Below, one piece after another: positions 34,917 to 45,666 of a DNA stretch of 64,000 nt. The first letter of the stretch is position 1. Each line of letters starts with the position of its first letter. The position numbers and the translations under genes are program-made. The stretch is taken from contig JADEYG010000001.1 in assembly GCA_016906335.1 (NCBI GenBank), positions 1,178,001 through 1,242,000 on the forward strand, given 5' to 3'. The notes below the pieces were generated by a model. The model made no database searches, was not told the DNA's origin, and worked only from the letters and a program-made list of their open reading frames with translations. This stretch comes from Novakomyces olei (lineage: Eukaryota).

Positions 34917-37246
34917 CTACTGTAAACGCATATTCCCAAACTGCGAGGCAGTGCCACCGTGAATGCGGTCTATAATACTTGCGCCCTCTTTTCGCCGAGT
35001 CTCGATGTACCGATCAACTGCTGTTTTTATAGACTGCGCTTGTCGCAAAGCATCGGTGTAGAATTCAAGGCCGTGTCTTTTGTTAGTTTGTGCAACGATG
35101 CGACAAAATACAGATCTTAATGTAATAAATAAATAAATACTCATGCCGTTTCATATAATACAATCGAGTCAACTTACGTCAGTCCCTTGTCAATATCTTG
35201 ATAAGAAGTATGCGCGTTCTGAAACCTAACCATTGCTTCGGATTGAACTGCTTTGCTCTCCGAAAAATTCCTTTTCCGTTCCTGAACTTTAGGATTCGCC
35301 ATTAATGTCTTAAATGCCTCCTTTATTTCTCCCAGTAACATCTCTTGGTGCCGAATTGTGGCGGAGATTCGAAGACGGAAAGGCTGATATTTTTCGAGCT
35401 CTGATCTAAAAATTTCGCTGTCTGAGCTCGAATTTTTCCGACTCAACACAAGAAGCTGCGAAATATCATCTTCGCTCACTTTAGCACGTATGTCCTTTAG
35501 TGTTTGGCTTCGTTCTCTCTTTACCAATTGCAAATTTCGCAAATTTTCGTCAATCTCATCAGCTTTGATAGCAATTAATCTATCATCTTCTGCGCTGCCA
35601 TCATCAACATCCAGCAAACTCTGCTCATTCGTGTCTGGAGACCTTTGAGACTTTGAAGAAATATAGGCATTAGGGGCTTTAAGCGCTTCGATATCCGTCG
35701 CGGAGCTTTCAAAAAGATCCCGCATCCGTGTATCGGTCCGTAAAGCCTTGTCTAAGCCTGCACGTACTGATCTTATTTGTTCACGGATCTCCAAGGTGGC
35801 CTCACTGGCCGGGCGTTGTGTCCACGCAGCACCAAAACTTCTCCTCATACCCTCGCACTCTTGCTCCTCTTGATCGAGTGCAGTTGATGCATTTCTTATA
35901 ATACTAAAAACCTGGGAAGCAAGTTCATTTAATTTTGTCAGTCGCGGTTCAACAGGCTTGATTTGTGCACTCCATTCGTATACCTCTGGAGGCAAAGCTC
36001 CTCCAACAGAATCTCCATTATTATCATGTGCCTCATCATTGCGAAACCGATCTAGGCTCTGCGGCAGGTTGTAATACTCTAGTGTAGACTCAAGATTAGC
36101 GTCCGCCTCCATTACTCTTTCGTTCTCCTGTCTAACAATTTTCGCCTTTTCCTCAGAGTAAACTGATGCACTCTCAAGAACGGATAAGGGCACTAATTTT
36201 TGAAACAGGTCACCGCCAATGATACGTTGTACTTCATCCGCGGTAAAGCATTCGTGCAAGGGGATCGCCTTAGCCGCCATGAGCTTTGGCAGCACTGGAA
36301 GATCAGCGGCCAAAACGTTTTGATGATAAATGAATTCATTGTCCTTCGCCACAGTTTTTTGCAGCTCACGGACCGAATTTAAATGCTGCTCAACCATATC
36401 GTTAATAGTAGCATGCTTTGCATCTTTTCCCAGAGTTTTGGCTTCGTTTAAGTAACCCAACGCTTTACCGTACTTTACGTCGCCCACGTCTGCCTTTGCT
36501 TGATGGTACATGGCTAAACTCATAAAGTATTTGGATTTAGCACTGACCCCGGTAACGAGCACACGCTCCAAGATGCCCTCGTTTGCCAATTCCAAAAGTT
36601 TATCTGCGGCTAAAGCATAAGAAGCAGAAGCCTGTGCCGCCAGTCGGCTTACGAGAGCACTTTTTTTGTTGTCGGCCAATGAGCGCTCCAAAAACACTTC
36701 CTGCGCCTGTGCCAGCATTAGGTTAGAGAGCGCTCTCACCGTGTCCTTGTTCAAATCGGTGCTGGGCGCGTGCAGAAAACTATCGTTAATATAATCAAGA
36801 ATACCAGCGGCCGACTGGAGCATATTAAACGCGATCTTTGTGCTCACTGCATCCTGCCGGGACTGTGCGGCGGCAATAGCAGAGGAGACAGCGGCTAAAT
36901 TGAAAAGCACGGAGGCCTTTTCAAACGCGAGCGAGTGCTGAGTTACGGATTTCATGCTGAAAGCGTCCCGCCAAGTAAATTCTACACGAACACCATCCTC
37001 CTTCACGGGAAAGTGCAGTCCAATCAGCTCGAGCTGACCATAGTACCGGTAAATAAGCTCGCGTCCTTGGCTGTCCTCACCGGCTCCACGCATAGCCTCG
37101 CGCATAGCGTTTACCGCTGAGCATTCGTCATTATAGCCCTCTTTATCGCCGTACGTACCGGCGATAAACTGCTTTAATGCATGAGTCCAGTCGGTTGGTT
37201 CTGTAGTTTTTTGCGGAACGACGACGAGCGGTGACTGTCCGTTCAT
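34917..37246 (-). CDS. BRO1: ESCRT-associated Bro1 (BRO1 domain plus V domain)
   Basis: RYYGQLEL..FTWRDAF..QHSLAFEKASVLFNLAA..FLHAPSTDL..KDNEFIYH..SVYSEEKAK; intron 35177-35077. Confidence 0.93.
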
Positions 37247-37612
37247 TCTGTGCCGCAGTACGAGACAAGCTCAGTATCAATCTGCCATCGTACACTCCTA
37301 CAGTATGCAGACTACTATACTCGAACTACGACTATAAACTAACGTACTATAAATTATACGTACTATGAATCATACTGTACTCTAACTTTCCTGTGCTACA
37401 AAATTAAACTACGTACTCGTACTCTAGACATACGTACGGTATGAACTGTACGCGCTCATAGTACAGTAATTATATAGTGTACACAGCCAACTCGTAGTAT
37501 GTGTACAAGATACAATAATATAACACGTATTGAATTTGTATATTGTATGTTAAAATAGGCAAAGAATTCAAGCGCAGCAATAACCTCACTGAACAGTGCC
37601 GATTAATCTAAT

Positions 37613-38073
37613 ATGTCTGACCGAGTAAGTGTCAATTGAGAGCAGTCAGTTTCAATTACTGATCATTTTCTAGGCTCCGTCACCTAGAGCCTCGTCACCA
37701 CGGCCTTCGTCGCCTGTGCCAGGCGGCCCTCGTACACAGATTCGGTATTGCTCTATTCTCTGCGCTTTCAAGATCAAAAATCTGACAAACATAGTCGACG
37801 TGCAGCCGCTGAAAAGGCTGCTCGTGAAGCTGCACAGCGCCCGGCTGGCACTCGTGCAGCGGGTGCTGGAGGATCGTCTTCGACCATGCTGAAACTATAC
37901 ACGGACGACACACCTGGTCTTCAAGTGTAAGCCAAATATTTCGCTCATAAGGTTTAAAGGTTTGCGCTTACAGTTCTAGTGATCCCGTTGTAGTTTTGGT
38001 GATCAGCCTTGGCTTCATTGCCAGTGTGTTTGGACTACACATTCTGGCAAAAATTATGCGCCGTTTTTCTTAA
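37613..38073 (+). CDS. SBH1: Sec61 translocon beta subunit (4 exons)
   Basis: Exons 37613-37624, 37674-37744, 37795-37926, 37980-38073; [47 protein letters not shown]. Confidence 0.95.
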
Positions 38074-38250
38074 GACTGCAATGGCTTTCAGGCTTGGCGA
38101 ATAAAAATAGTAATACATTTGGATTTGATTCAATCATCTATTAGCTTCAGCCTCTCTTTAGTCCTATACACTCCCCATTGCAACTGCTTTGGCGTGCTTA
38201 TAGTTCAATTTTTTAATAATCCTACCGCCCTGTTGAAACCGTTGGCTATT

Positions 38251-39555
38251 TCAAGCGGCTTCTGCTCTATTGCTTCCATCTACCTGCTGTTGAACGGTTT
38301 CCTTTTCTATAGTTTCATGTTCCCGCAGCTCTACAAGATCGGGAGACTCGTACGGCTTGCCTATGCCATGTAGAGAAACATGGATTCCTTGCTGTGCTAA
38401 AAAGTAGCAGCATACGTCCGTGCTAAGAGCAACCACGGAAAACCCGTCCTTTGACCGCAGCACATACTTTGTCAGCCATGGAAAAGCTGAAGGCACGTCG
38501 CTATTGTGGTAGTGTACACTGTTTTTAACCACAAAAGCCTTGGTTGTTATAGGCGCCTCCCTATTCCCAATATCCTGAGCGTCGAGGAGTGTTCTCTCCA
38601 AGTCTTTAAAGTTATCCAGCCACTTGTAAAATGCTTCTGATATAATATGCAGAGACGGGATTTTCAACATGTTTGGTCTACTCATGACCAGCGGCAAAGG
38701 CTGCATCCAGATATCCAGACCTATTACTGCTTTGAACATGTCGCCGAGTTTCCGGTCTCCCGCTGCCGTTCGTATAGTGTAATCATTATTCACAGACGCT
38801 CCAAAAGCCGTCGTAGCTCCGAAAGAATGCCCGGCCGCTACAACCTGGTTCAAATCGAGAGAGTGCATAAAACTCTCTAGCACTTTGTGCTGCCGCTCGT
38901 CGTCCTTGATTTTCAAAATTTTCCCCTCTACCTTCTCCTCGCTGACCAAAAACTGCAGTGCTTGGGCCACCTCAAACATACGCTGGGCCACCTGGGCAGT
39001 TCGCTTTTCCACTGCTGCTGGACCGGCATCTGTAATCCTGATAAAAGGCACTGCCACCTCTTTGCCCTCTTTATCGTGGTAACTCGTATAAATTGCACTA
39101 TTGTCCCGATGCTCAAGCGCACACACAACCATGCCGTGGCTCGCCATACTACCGCAAAACTCGGAGTAGATATTACAATTGCCGGCCAGCCCATGGCAAA
39201 ACATCATCAGCGGCCAGCCTGCCGCTGACGTAGCCGGCAGTAGCGGAGCGGCATATCGGACAGGAAGCGTATACCGACCAAACGTGAACGGTTTGAGCTG
39301 GTTTATTGCCCACTGTGGACCTTTCAGGCCGAGGAACGAGGCAAAGGCCCGTGTCACACAAACATCGTCATCGTCCCAGTAATCTTGCACACCATTACTC
39401 GACGCATCGCTCCGAGTCGGATAAAAAAGACGAAATTTTATCGTTTGCACCGGCTGATTAGGGCTAAACGTCCGCGTTGACGCGAGCCGGAATTCGTATA
39501 CAAACGATCCGACGGTGTATGGGCCCTTGTAAGCTGGCGAAATGGGTTTTGCCAT
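38251..39555 (-). CDS. Platelet-activating-factor acetylhydrolase family phospholipase A2 (Plg7-like)
   Basis: YKGPYTVG, RLFYPT, FCHGLAG..MASHGMVVCALEHRDNS, nucleophile motif GHSFG, LDIWM. Confidence 0.9.
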   Translation of the reverse strand: MAKPISPAYKGPYTVGSFVYEFRLASTRTFSPNQPVQTIKFRLFYPTRSDASSNGVQDYWDDDDVCVTRAFASFLGLKGPQWAINQLKPFTFGRYTLPVRYAAPLLPATSAAGWPLMMFCHGLAGNCNIYSEFCGSMASHGMVVCALEHRDNSAIYTSYHDKEGKEVAVPFIRITDAGPAAVEKRTAQVAQRMFEVAQALQFLVSEEKVEGKILKIKDDERQHKVLESFMHSLDLNQVVAAGHSFGATTAFGASVNNDYTIRTAAGDRKLGDMFKAVIGLDIWMQPLPLVMSRPNMLKIPSLHIISEAFYKWLDNFKDLERTLLDAQDIGNREAPITTKAFVVKNSVHYHNSDVPSAFPWLTKYVLRSKDGFSVVALSTDVCCYFLAQQGIHVSLHGIGKPYESPDLVELREHETIEKETVQQQVDGSNRAEAA

Positions 39556-39909
39556 GTAAATCTATAATGCCGATAATACGGCTTAGTACGAGTATTATTT
39601 GGCACATTAATTGACATGTGATATAGCACCATTATAGAAGAAACTGGGACTGTACGTACGGATTATATCACTGTACATTATGTATAGTGTACATTATGTA
39701 CAGTGCACAATATATACTGTGTACAGCGTACAGAAAAATAAAGTACGTTTGATAGCTAAGACGAAGGAGATAAGTGTGTGCGACAGGCGGCCAAGGCGAC
39801 TTCCTTGACCGGTTCTTTACATATACTAAACGACATTTCTATAAAGAAAAGGCAGAGTCATTTACTCAAATTGCTCATATATTTACACTATAGTCCAGTC
39901 AAAAGGGTA

Positions 39910-40374
39910 TCAAAATCCAAGACGTGCTCTTAGAGCGAGCACTAGCAGCCGCATATTTGACCTCCATACCCATAGATTGAAATCGCGGTGCTGTTGTTTG
40001 TGGGTGTTTAAGAAATCAGTGTAGAAATGTGTCATCTCCTCCGCACTTTCCTCACGACCGTACTTTTCCCGGCATTGGGCACGCAACTGCTGAAGCTCTG
40101 CCGCGTACTCTGTATTGTTCCGCACCCAAAAAGCTTCTGCCTCTTGCTGCGCCTGTAAATGCGCCTCCACAAACTTTTGACCACGCTCGCCATACTTTAG
40201 CATACTCGTATACACCATGGGCCGAATCATAGCCACAGCGTTAGGCGTGCCTATGAGATTCTGGGATCGAGGTAGCGCACCGGCATTATTCTGTAACAGC
40301 ACTCGTGCACTTTCAACCGACGAAGGATCCAGAGCACGAGCGGCCCGTGATCCACGCAGTGCCGCCCGCGACAT
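39910..40374 (-). CDS. COA8/APOPT1-like (DUF2315) mitochondrial protein
   Basis: ATG at 40374 gives an Arg-rich presequence MSRAALRGSRAAR; IGTPNAVAMIRP, FWVRNN, EEMTHFYTDFLN..HRDFN..W resemble the family as recalled. Confidence 0.75.
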   Translation of the reverse strand: MSRAALRGSRAARALDPSSVESARVLLQNNAGALPRSQNLIGTPNAVAMIRPMVYTSMLKYGERGQKFVEAHLQAQQEAEAFWVRNNTEYAAELQQLRAQCREKYGREESAEEMTHFYTDFLNTHKQQHRDFNLWVWRSNMRLLVLALRARLGF

Positions 40375-40731
40375 TTGTGAGCTAAACAGTGCCGACTGCG
40401 AGTGTCGGCTGATCAATTGGCTTGACAAGTACGTATTATATTCAACACTAATTCTCAGTACAATCTGCTGCTTGGCAGACAGTGTTACTTACACGTCAGA
40501 CCGCCCTTCGCGTATGCATGTACAATTATACAAGTAAGAATTATTGCAATAATCATCTACGCGTCGAGGCTTTGGCAGTCAGTCGTTAGCCAAGCAAATC
40601 CACGCGACACAGCTCCGTCACGCGCAATTGCCCCAGACTGTCTTTATGTAGGCTGCCGGAGACGCGATTCTTGTCCTTGATTTACTCTGCATTGCAATTG
40701 CTTTGTACCTTTGATTCGAGCGACTTTTTTT

Positions 40732-40806
40732 GCTCAGTAACTGCTCAGTAACTGCTCAATAACTGCTCAGTAACTGCCAATAACTGCCAATAACTGCCAA
40801 TACTGC
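40732..40806. repeat. 10-11 bp minisatellite (CTCAGTAACTG / CCAATAACTG) just upstream of the UPF0658 ATG
   Basis: Six TAACTG copies in tandem. Confidence 0.85.
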
Positions 40807-40813
40807 TGGAATC

Positions 40814-42166
40814 ATGTACCTTCCCCGCACTCCGTGGACCGTGAGTACGTATTGGCAAACAGGCTGCTTTTTGTTTGGTACGCTAACTCATCTCAGCATA
40901 CTTTGCCGTTACGTTGGCAGAGGCAGTCATCGTTCTTGCATTTGAAGGTTATGTATTCGGCCGATTCGAGTCGTCCTCGTCCGGTTTGATCCACGACGAT
41001 CGCACCATTCCGACATACTTGGCACTGTATATTTTCGCTTTTATATTTGCGCTTTACCTCGCGTACGATGCATTACGGATGCAAAACACGATTCAGGTAA
41101 ATTGTCCAGTCTTATAATCGATCGACTATCAATCCTGTCCATCTTCTTTTTGAATGTTTTAACGCTCTAGATATTCGGTCTGCTGTTTTTCAACTTTGCC
41201 CTTATTTTATACTCGGCTCTTCAAATCGTTCAGCTACGTTCTGTAACGGATAGACTCATTGAAGAGCAACACGCTCAATTTTGGCCTGATATTGCTCCCT
41301 TTCTCATCGCCGTGCCTTGCATCCTCGGCTTTACCAGTGTCATTTTGTGTCTATTAACTGCCAAGCTATTTCAAGAGTTTGGCTGGAACGTCTACAAGCA
41401 AATTGGGGCAGATATGCGGATGAGGGCGAGGTTTAAGCAGTACCATATGCTTTTGTTTCTGCTAAAATTTGACTTCTTTTTTTGTATGTACCTTTTGTAT
41501 ATTTCAGTGCTGATGTGATGCCTCAGTCCTCGGATTCACTGTCCAGTTTATTGTGATTATACTTAATCGCAAAGACATAGAATTTGCTTTGACGATCGCC
41601 GTCATTCCAGTCACGATTCTCATTCTGCTCGTGTGTGCCTGGGGCGTTAAACAAGAAAACGTAAGACAAATTTATGCTAAACTACAAAACTGACGGTTCA
41701 GTACTGGTGCATGGGAGTCGTTCAGCTATTCTTTCTCGGCGGAATGGCGTACTTTTTGTTCAAACTCGTTCGAAGTAAGAACATATATATATCTTGTTCA
41801 TGTTTCCCTAACCAAGTTTTTAGTTTACGATCCTTCGCAAAGCTACAAGTATCAGGATGCAAGAAAGACTTTGACAACATTTGCTATCATAACTCTTGTT
41901 TTTCTCGTTCTCACTATTATATACTCCATACAGTGTACGAGAAACTTTGGTTATGGCCTTCGTCAATACGGTATGATTTGCGGAAAGGCTTTAAAATTTG
42001 CTAATCAGTTCAAGTCAACCGGAAAAATTCAGCGCGCAATTCTACAGAACATTTGCAGCCGCTTTCCCCGTATTACGAAGGTTCAGTATTAAGCTTTGGC
42101 TCACCAGCCTCCACTACGGCTGGTGTGAACGGGAAAGGCCCTATATACAGGATGGAGCTAGAGTGA
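40814..42166 (+). CDS. UPF0658 Golgi multi-pass membrane protein (many exons)
   Basis: EGYVFGRF..TIPTYLALYIFAF..YDALRMQNTIQ..KLFQEFGWNVYKQIGADMRM..LLKFDFFF..NFGYGL. Confidence 0.85.
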
Positions 42167-42476
42167 CATTTGGTAGCTAGCATATAAACCTTTAATACCC
42201 TAGTAGAGCTTGCTGGCGAGCTCTACAATAATTAACTATTTTTGATACGGTACACGAATATAGGTTCTTTGGAGACTGAATAAATGAAAGCTTATTGACA
42301 TATTTTAACCAATTCTTGCAATTGCACCCAACTAACATTACATTATAAACCTGAACCAGGCAAATCTCATTGCCAGCGCATTTTGTGTAGATGCCCCGTG
42401 ATTACTATTGAATGAAAAAATATAATAAAACAGCCCAGTTTTGAAAACCCCCCAAGAAAAATCTAATGGATTTCTT

Positions 42477-43459
42477 TCAGTTGCTTTCGTTTTCAATATA
42501 GCATTTATATGGCAAAAACGACCGGCCTTCTCCATGATAAAACCCGCCTTGCGCTAATTGCTCTTCAATACTTTGCCATTTAGGAATTTGATCCTGAAAT
42601 TTAGGATCCAAATCAATGAATGTAATCTCGGACTGCAATTCGCTATAGGCAGTTAGGAAAACCGTGCAGTCTCTCAACGTCATAGCAAGTGTCAGGTCAG
42701 TAGCGGCTAAGGCACTTTGAGCTTGCGCGAGATTCCTGAAGGCATCTGTCGATCCCAATACTTTGACCAGTATATCGATGTAGCGATCATCATATTCCAA
42801 TTTGTTGCGGTTGAAGATAGCCTGTGCAACATCAGCTAGATCTTGGCAAGTTTTTGTCAGACGAAGTGGGCAAAAAGGAATAGTGTGAGCTTTTCCAATA
42901 TGGCATTTCATACGCTCGCGTGCTATACGTTAGAATAGAAAAGCTTAATAAATAAAGCCAAGAGCTAATGGATAACACGCAATGTAAGGAAAAAAAATAA
43001 ATTACCACAAGTCCGGCAGACAGTAGCGTTTGATGGAGCTTCAGGGCTTTGAGTCAGCCATTTAGTTTTGAATTCGACTGTAAAAAGTGCATTTTTTCTG
43101 CAGTGGTAGTTTCTCAGTAAAAGGCACTCTCTTTGCGTACAATCTAAGCCTGGTGGCCTAGTGTCATTTGCCTCGAGCTGTTTAGCCAATTCTCTGCTCA
43201 GTTTGCGCAGAGTTTCTTTGCTCAGAGGCATTAATTCAATGGGAGCAAGATACTGCAGCAATCCAAAAGTTTTTAGCACATCGCACAGCTGACCTTTGTG
43301 AAAATTGTAAATCTGTCGCGGCAGCAAACCTTTAGCCACGCCACGATACTTGCACACTCTAAGTACGGCATTTTCGCCATTCAAAACGCCTGCAAAGGCG
43401 CAATTGGCTTGTCCTTCCGAAAGATACTTCCAATCTACAGCTTCAATTGCCAACGCCAT
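42477..43459 (-). CDS. IPK1: Inositol pentakisphosphate 2-kinase
   Basis: YLSEGQAN, VEFKTKWLTQSP, CRTCA (intron 43005-42923), LAMTLRDCT, IDLDPK. Confidence 0.9.
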
Positions 43460-43550
43460 CAAGCGCTAGAGTCGCTAAGAGGCCAAAGTCCGGCGTCATC
43501 TTCATTGTCGCTCCATGAGAAACGTGAATTTTGAGTTTCTGAAAAGCAAC

Positions 43551-43716
43551 TAACCCTGAAGACGTAGAAACGGCCGTGTCTACTAAGTATTCATTACCCT
43601 AACTAACCCTAAATTCCCTAGATTCTCTCATCCATTTCACAAGTCGTGTGCTATTTACTTTAGCGCAGTATAAAAATTATGTCTAGAAAAGTTTAGGGTT
43701 TATACTAAACCCTAAA
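43551..43716. promoter_or_regulatory. Cluster of CCCT cores plus a perfect inverted repeat TTTAGGGTTTA-TAC-TAAACCCTAAA, upstream of IPK1
   Basis: Cores at 43597, 43607 and 43616; palindrome 43692-43716; TATAAAA at 43669. Confidence 0.6.
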
Positions 43717-44120
43717 TAGACCAGTCCTGTTCTCTCAACGTCGCTATGAATTGGCCAAAAGGTTTTTATTTTTAAGCTAATTTGTCCCGTGCTGAGGGAT
43801 TGCGAACGCGCAGACAAATAAAATGTGGGTTGATAGATTGGCAAAAGACTAGGCTTACAATTCTTTGGCCGGCCTTCAGGGGCCAAGTGTGAAATCTGCG
43901 TTGAAAATGTGTTATGGATGACAATATAATGACGCACTCAAATATACAAAGTTCCTTGTATATTATCGAATACGAAATAAGCGTTGGCAGAGCTTACAGA
44001 AAAAGCTTTCAGGAATGATAGCGGCTATAAATGCTCTGCCTATTCTTGAGCCTAATGCAACATTGAAAATGTGACAAAGTTACGTAGAGCTTGAGCAGAA
44101 ATTTGGTTGAACGGATACTA

Positions 44121-44177
44121 TTCATCGTTCGAGTTCTAGTTCATCGTTCGAGTTCTAATTCATCGTTCGAGTTCTAA
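44121..44177. repeat. Three copies of 19-bp TTCATCGTTCGAGTTCTA(G/A)
   Basis: Direct tandem repeat. Confidence 0.92.
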
Positions 44178-45666
44178 TTCAATCGATTCGGCTACTAATG
44201 ACTTGGTCGTTCCTAAGAAAAGGAAAGCTCTAAGCCTTTTGATTCCGTTTTAAAAGCAGGAAGAAGCAAGCCAATTATTCCTGGCGGAAGCCGCCTAATT
44301 GATGGAGGATTCTCTAAAGTAAAACTCGGTAATCGGATTGGAATAAGACAGTAGTCTATGCGGAAGACGTCGATTTGAAGGAGAACGGATGTTGCGATGA
44401 TTCAAACAAAAAGAGAGTTTCAAGCAGTACGTGAAGGACTTGAGTCGAGAAGAAAAAGGTTTAAGCCGACTTGCCAGGCGACTTGTTTGTTAGGAATTGT
44501 TTGTTCTCCCGTTCCAAGCTTTACTTTTGACTTGAGGTATCTTCCCGTTACACAAAAATATTTGTTTTTCGTTAAAATTTTTTTTTTTTTGGGTAAAAAG
44601 GACCTGGTTTTAAAAAGCAGTTGCTACAGATTCGAGATCTGTTTTACAGCCTCGTCAGGAAGAGTGACGATTGAGCAAAGGGCGTTTCATTTTGATTTCA
44701 TTTTGTTGTTTTCTGGATTTTCTAAATTGGTGCATACTTTATGGATGAATTTTTATGTTGCATTCTATTGGGTTCTGCGTTATTTCTGTCAGAAAGTGCA
44801 TTCAACCCGAAACCAAGGGCGATTTTTATTGTTTCAGATTCTAGTATCTCTTGATTAATAAATTAACGTGACTTCTATTAATTTATACAAATCAGTTCAA
44901 GCATCAGACAAAACCTACGCAGCTTTTCAACTTGGGACTGGTTCACTAATACCTTTTTCCAACAAGAAGGCAGTTTGGCTCATTGAGCTGGACTGTTTGG
45001 AAGAGTGGCTGCAAGAACAAAAATGGTAGTTTGAGTCGTTTGTGTGGCACTTTACGCACATTTGATATAGGAAATCCATGACAATCGATCGTATGGAACG
45101 AGGTCTATACCTGGAAAGAGCTGTACAATCTGTAATGAATCTTTGGCATTAGAAATTCAAAATATTTTGATAAAAATCTTTTAATAATTTTACAATTTGA
45201 TACCAAATTTTGAACAAAAAGGCTCCATCGTTCAATTCTCAGCGCGAATATCTAGGGCCGACTTTTTTTTCGCGATATTGCAAACGAACAGCCATTTAGG
45301 CTAAAAAACCTCGGACAATAAAAGTCAATTCATCGGTATATACAGCGTTACTACAGATTAATTGTTGAGAAGAACAAAAGAGTTCCCCATTAGATTTTCA
45401 ATACTGTACACTTCTCTGCGCTTTACACAAATTTTCCAACAATGACATGCAAGTACCGATTAGCGGTTGCTACAGTGTAAAATGATTTAAAACATATTTA
45501 AAACATATTTAAAACATATATGAAGTTTGTATAAAAAATATATAAAATATAAAAAATATTCACTATAAATACAAGCTGCATAGAATATACTATATACGCC
45601 CAATAGAATCAACGAGTGGCCCCCACAAACGCCCTGCCTTACCCATCCAATCTATGTAAGTGCACT

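Noticed and set aside
43686-43860. RNase P/MRP P4-like pairing (AAGTTTAG with CTAGGCTT)
   Set aside because: No room for P1-P3 upstream and the conserved-region consensus is not met
44121-44177. 19-bp repeats as a CRISPR array or Pol III B-boxes (GTTCGAGTT)
   Set aside because: No spacers, eukaryotic context, imperfect B-box and no tRNA cloverleaf
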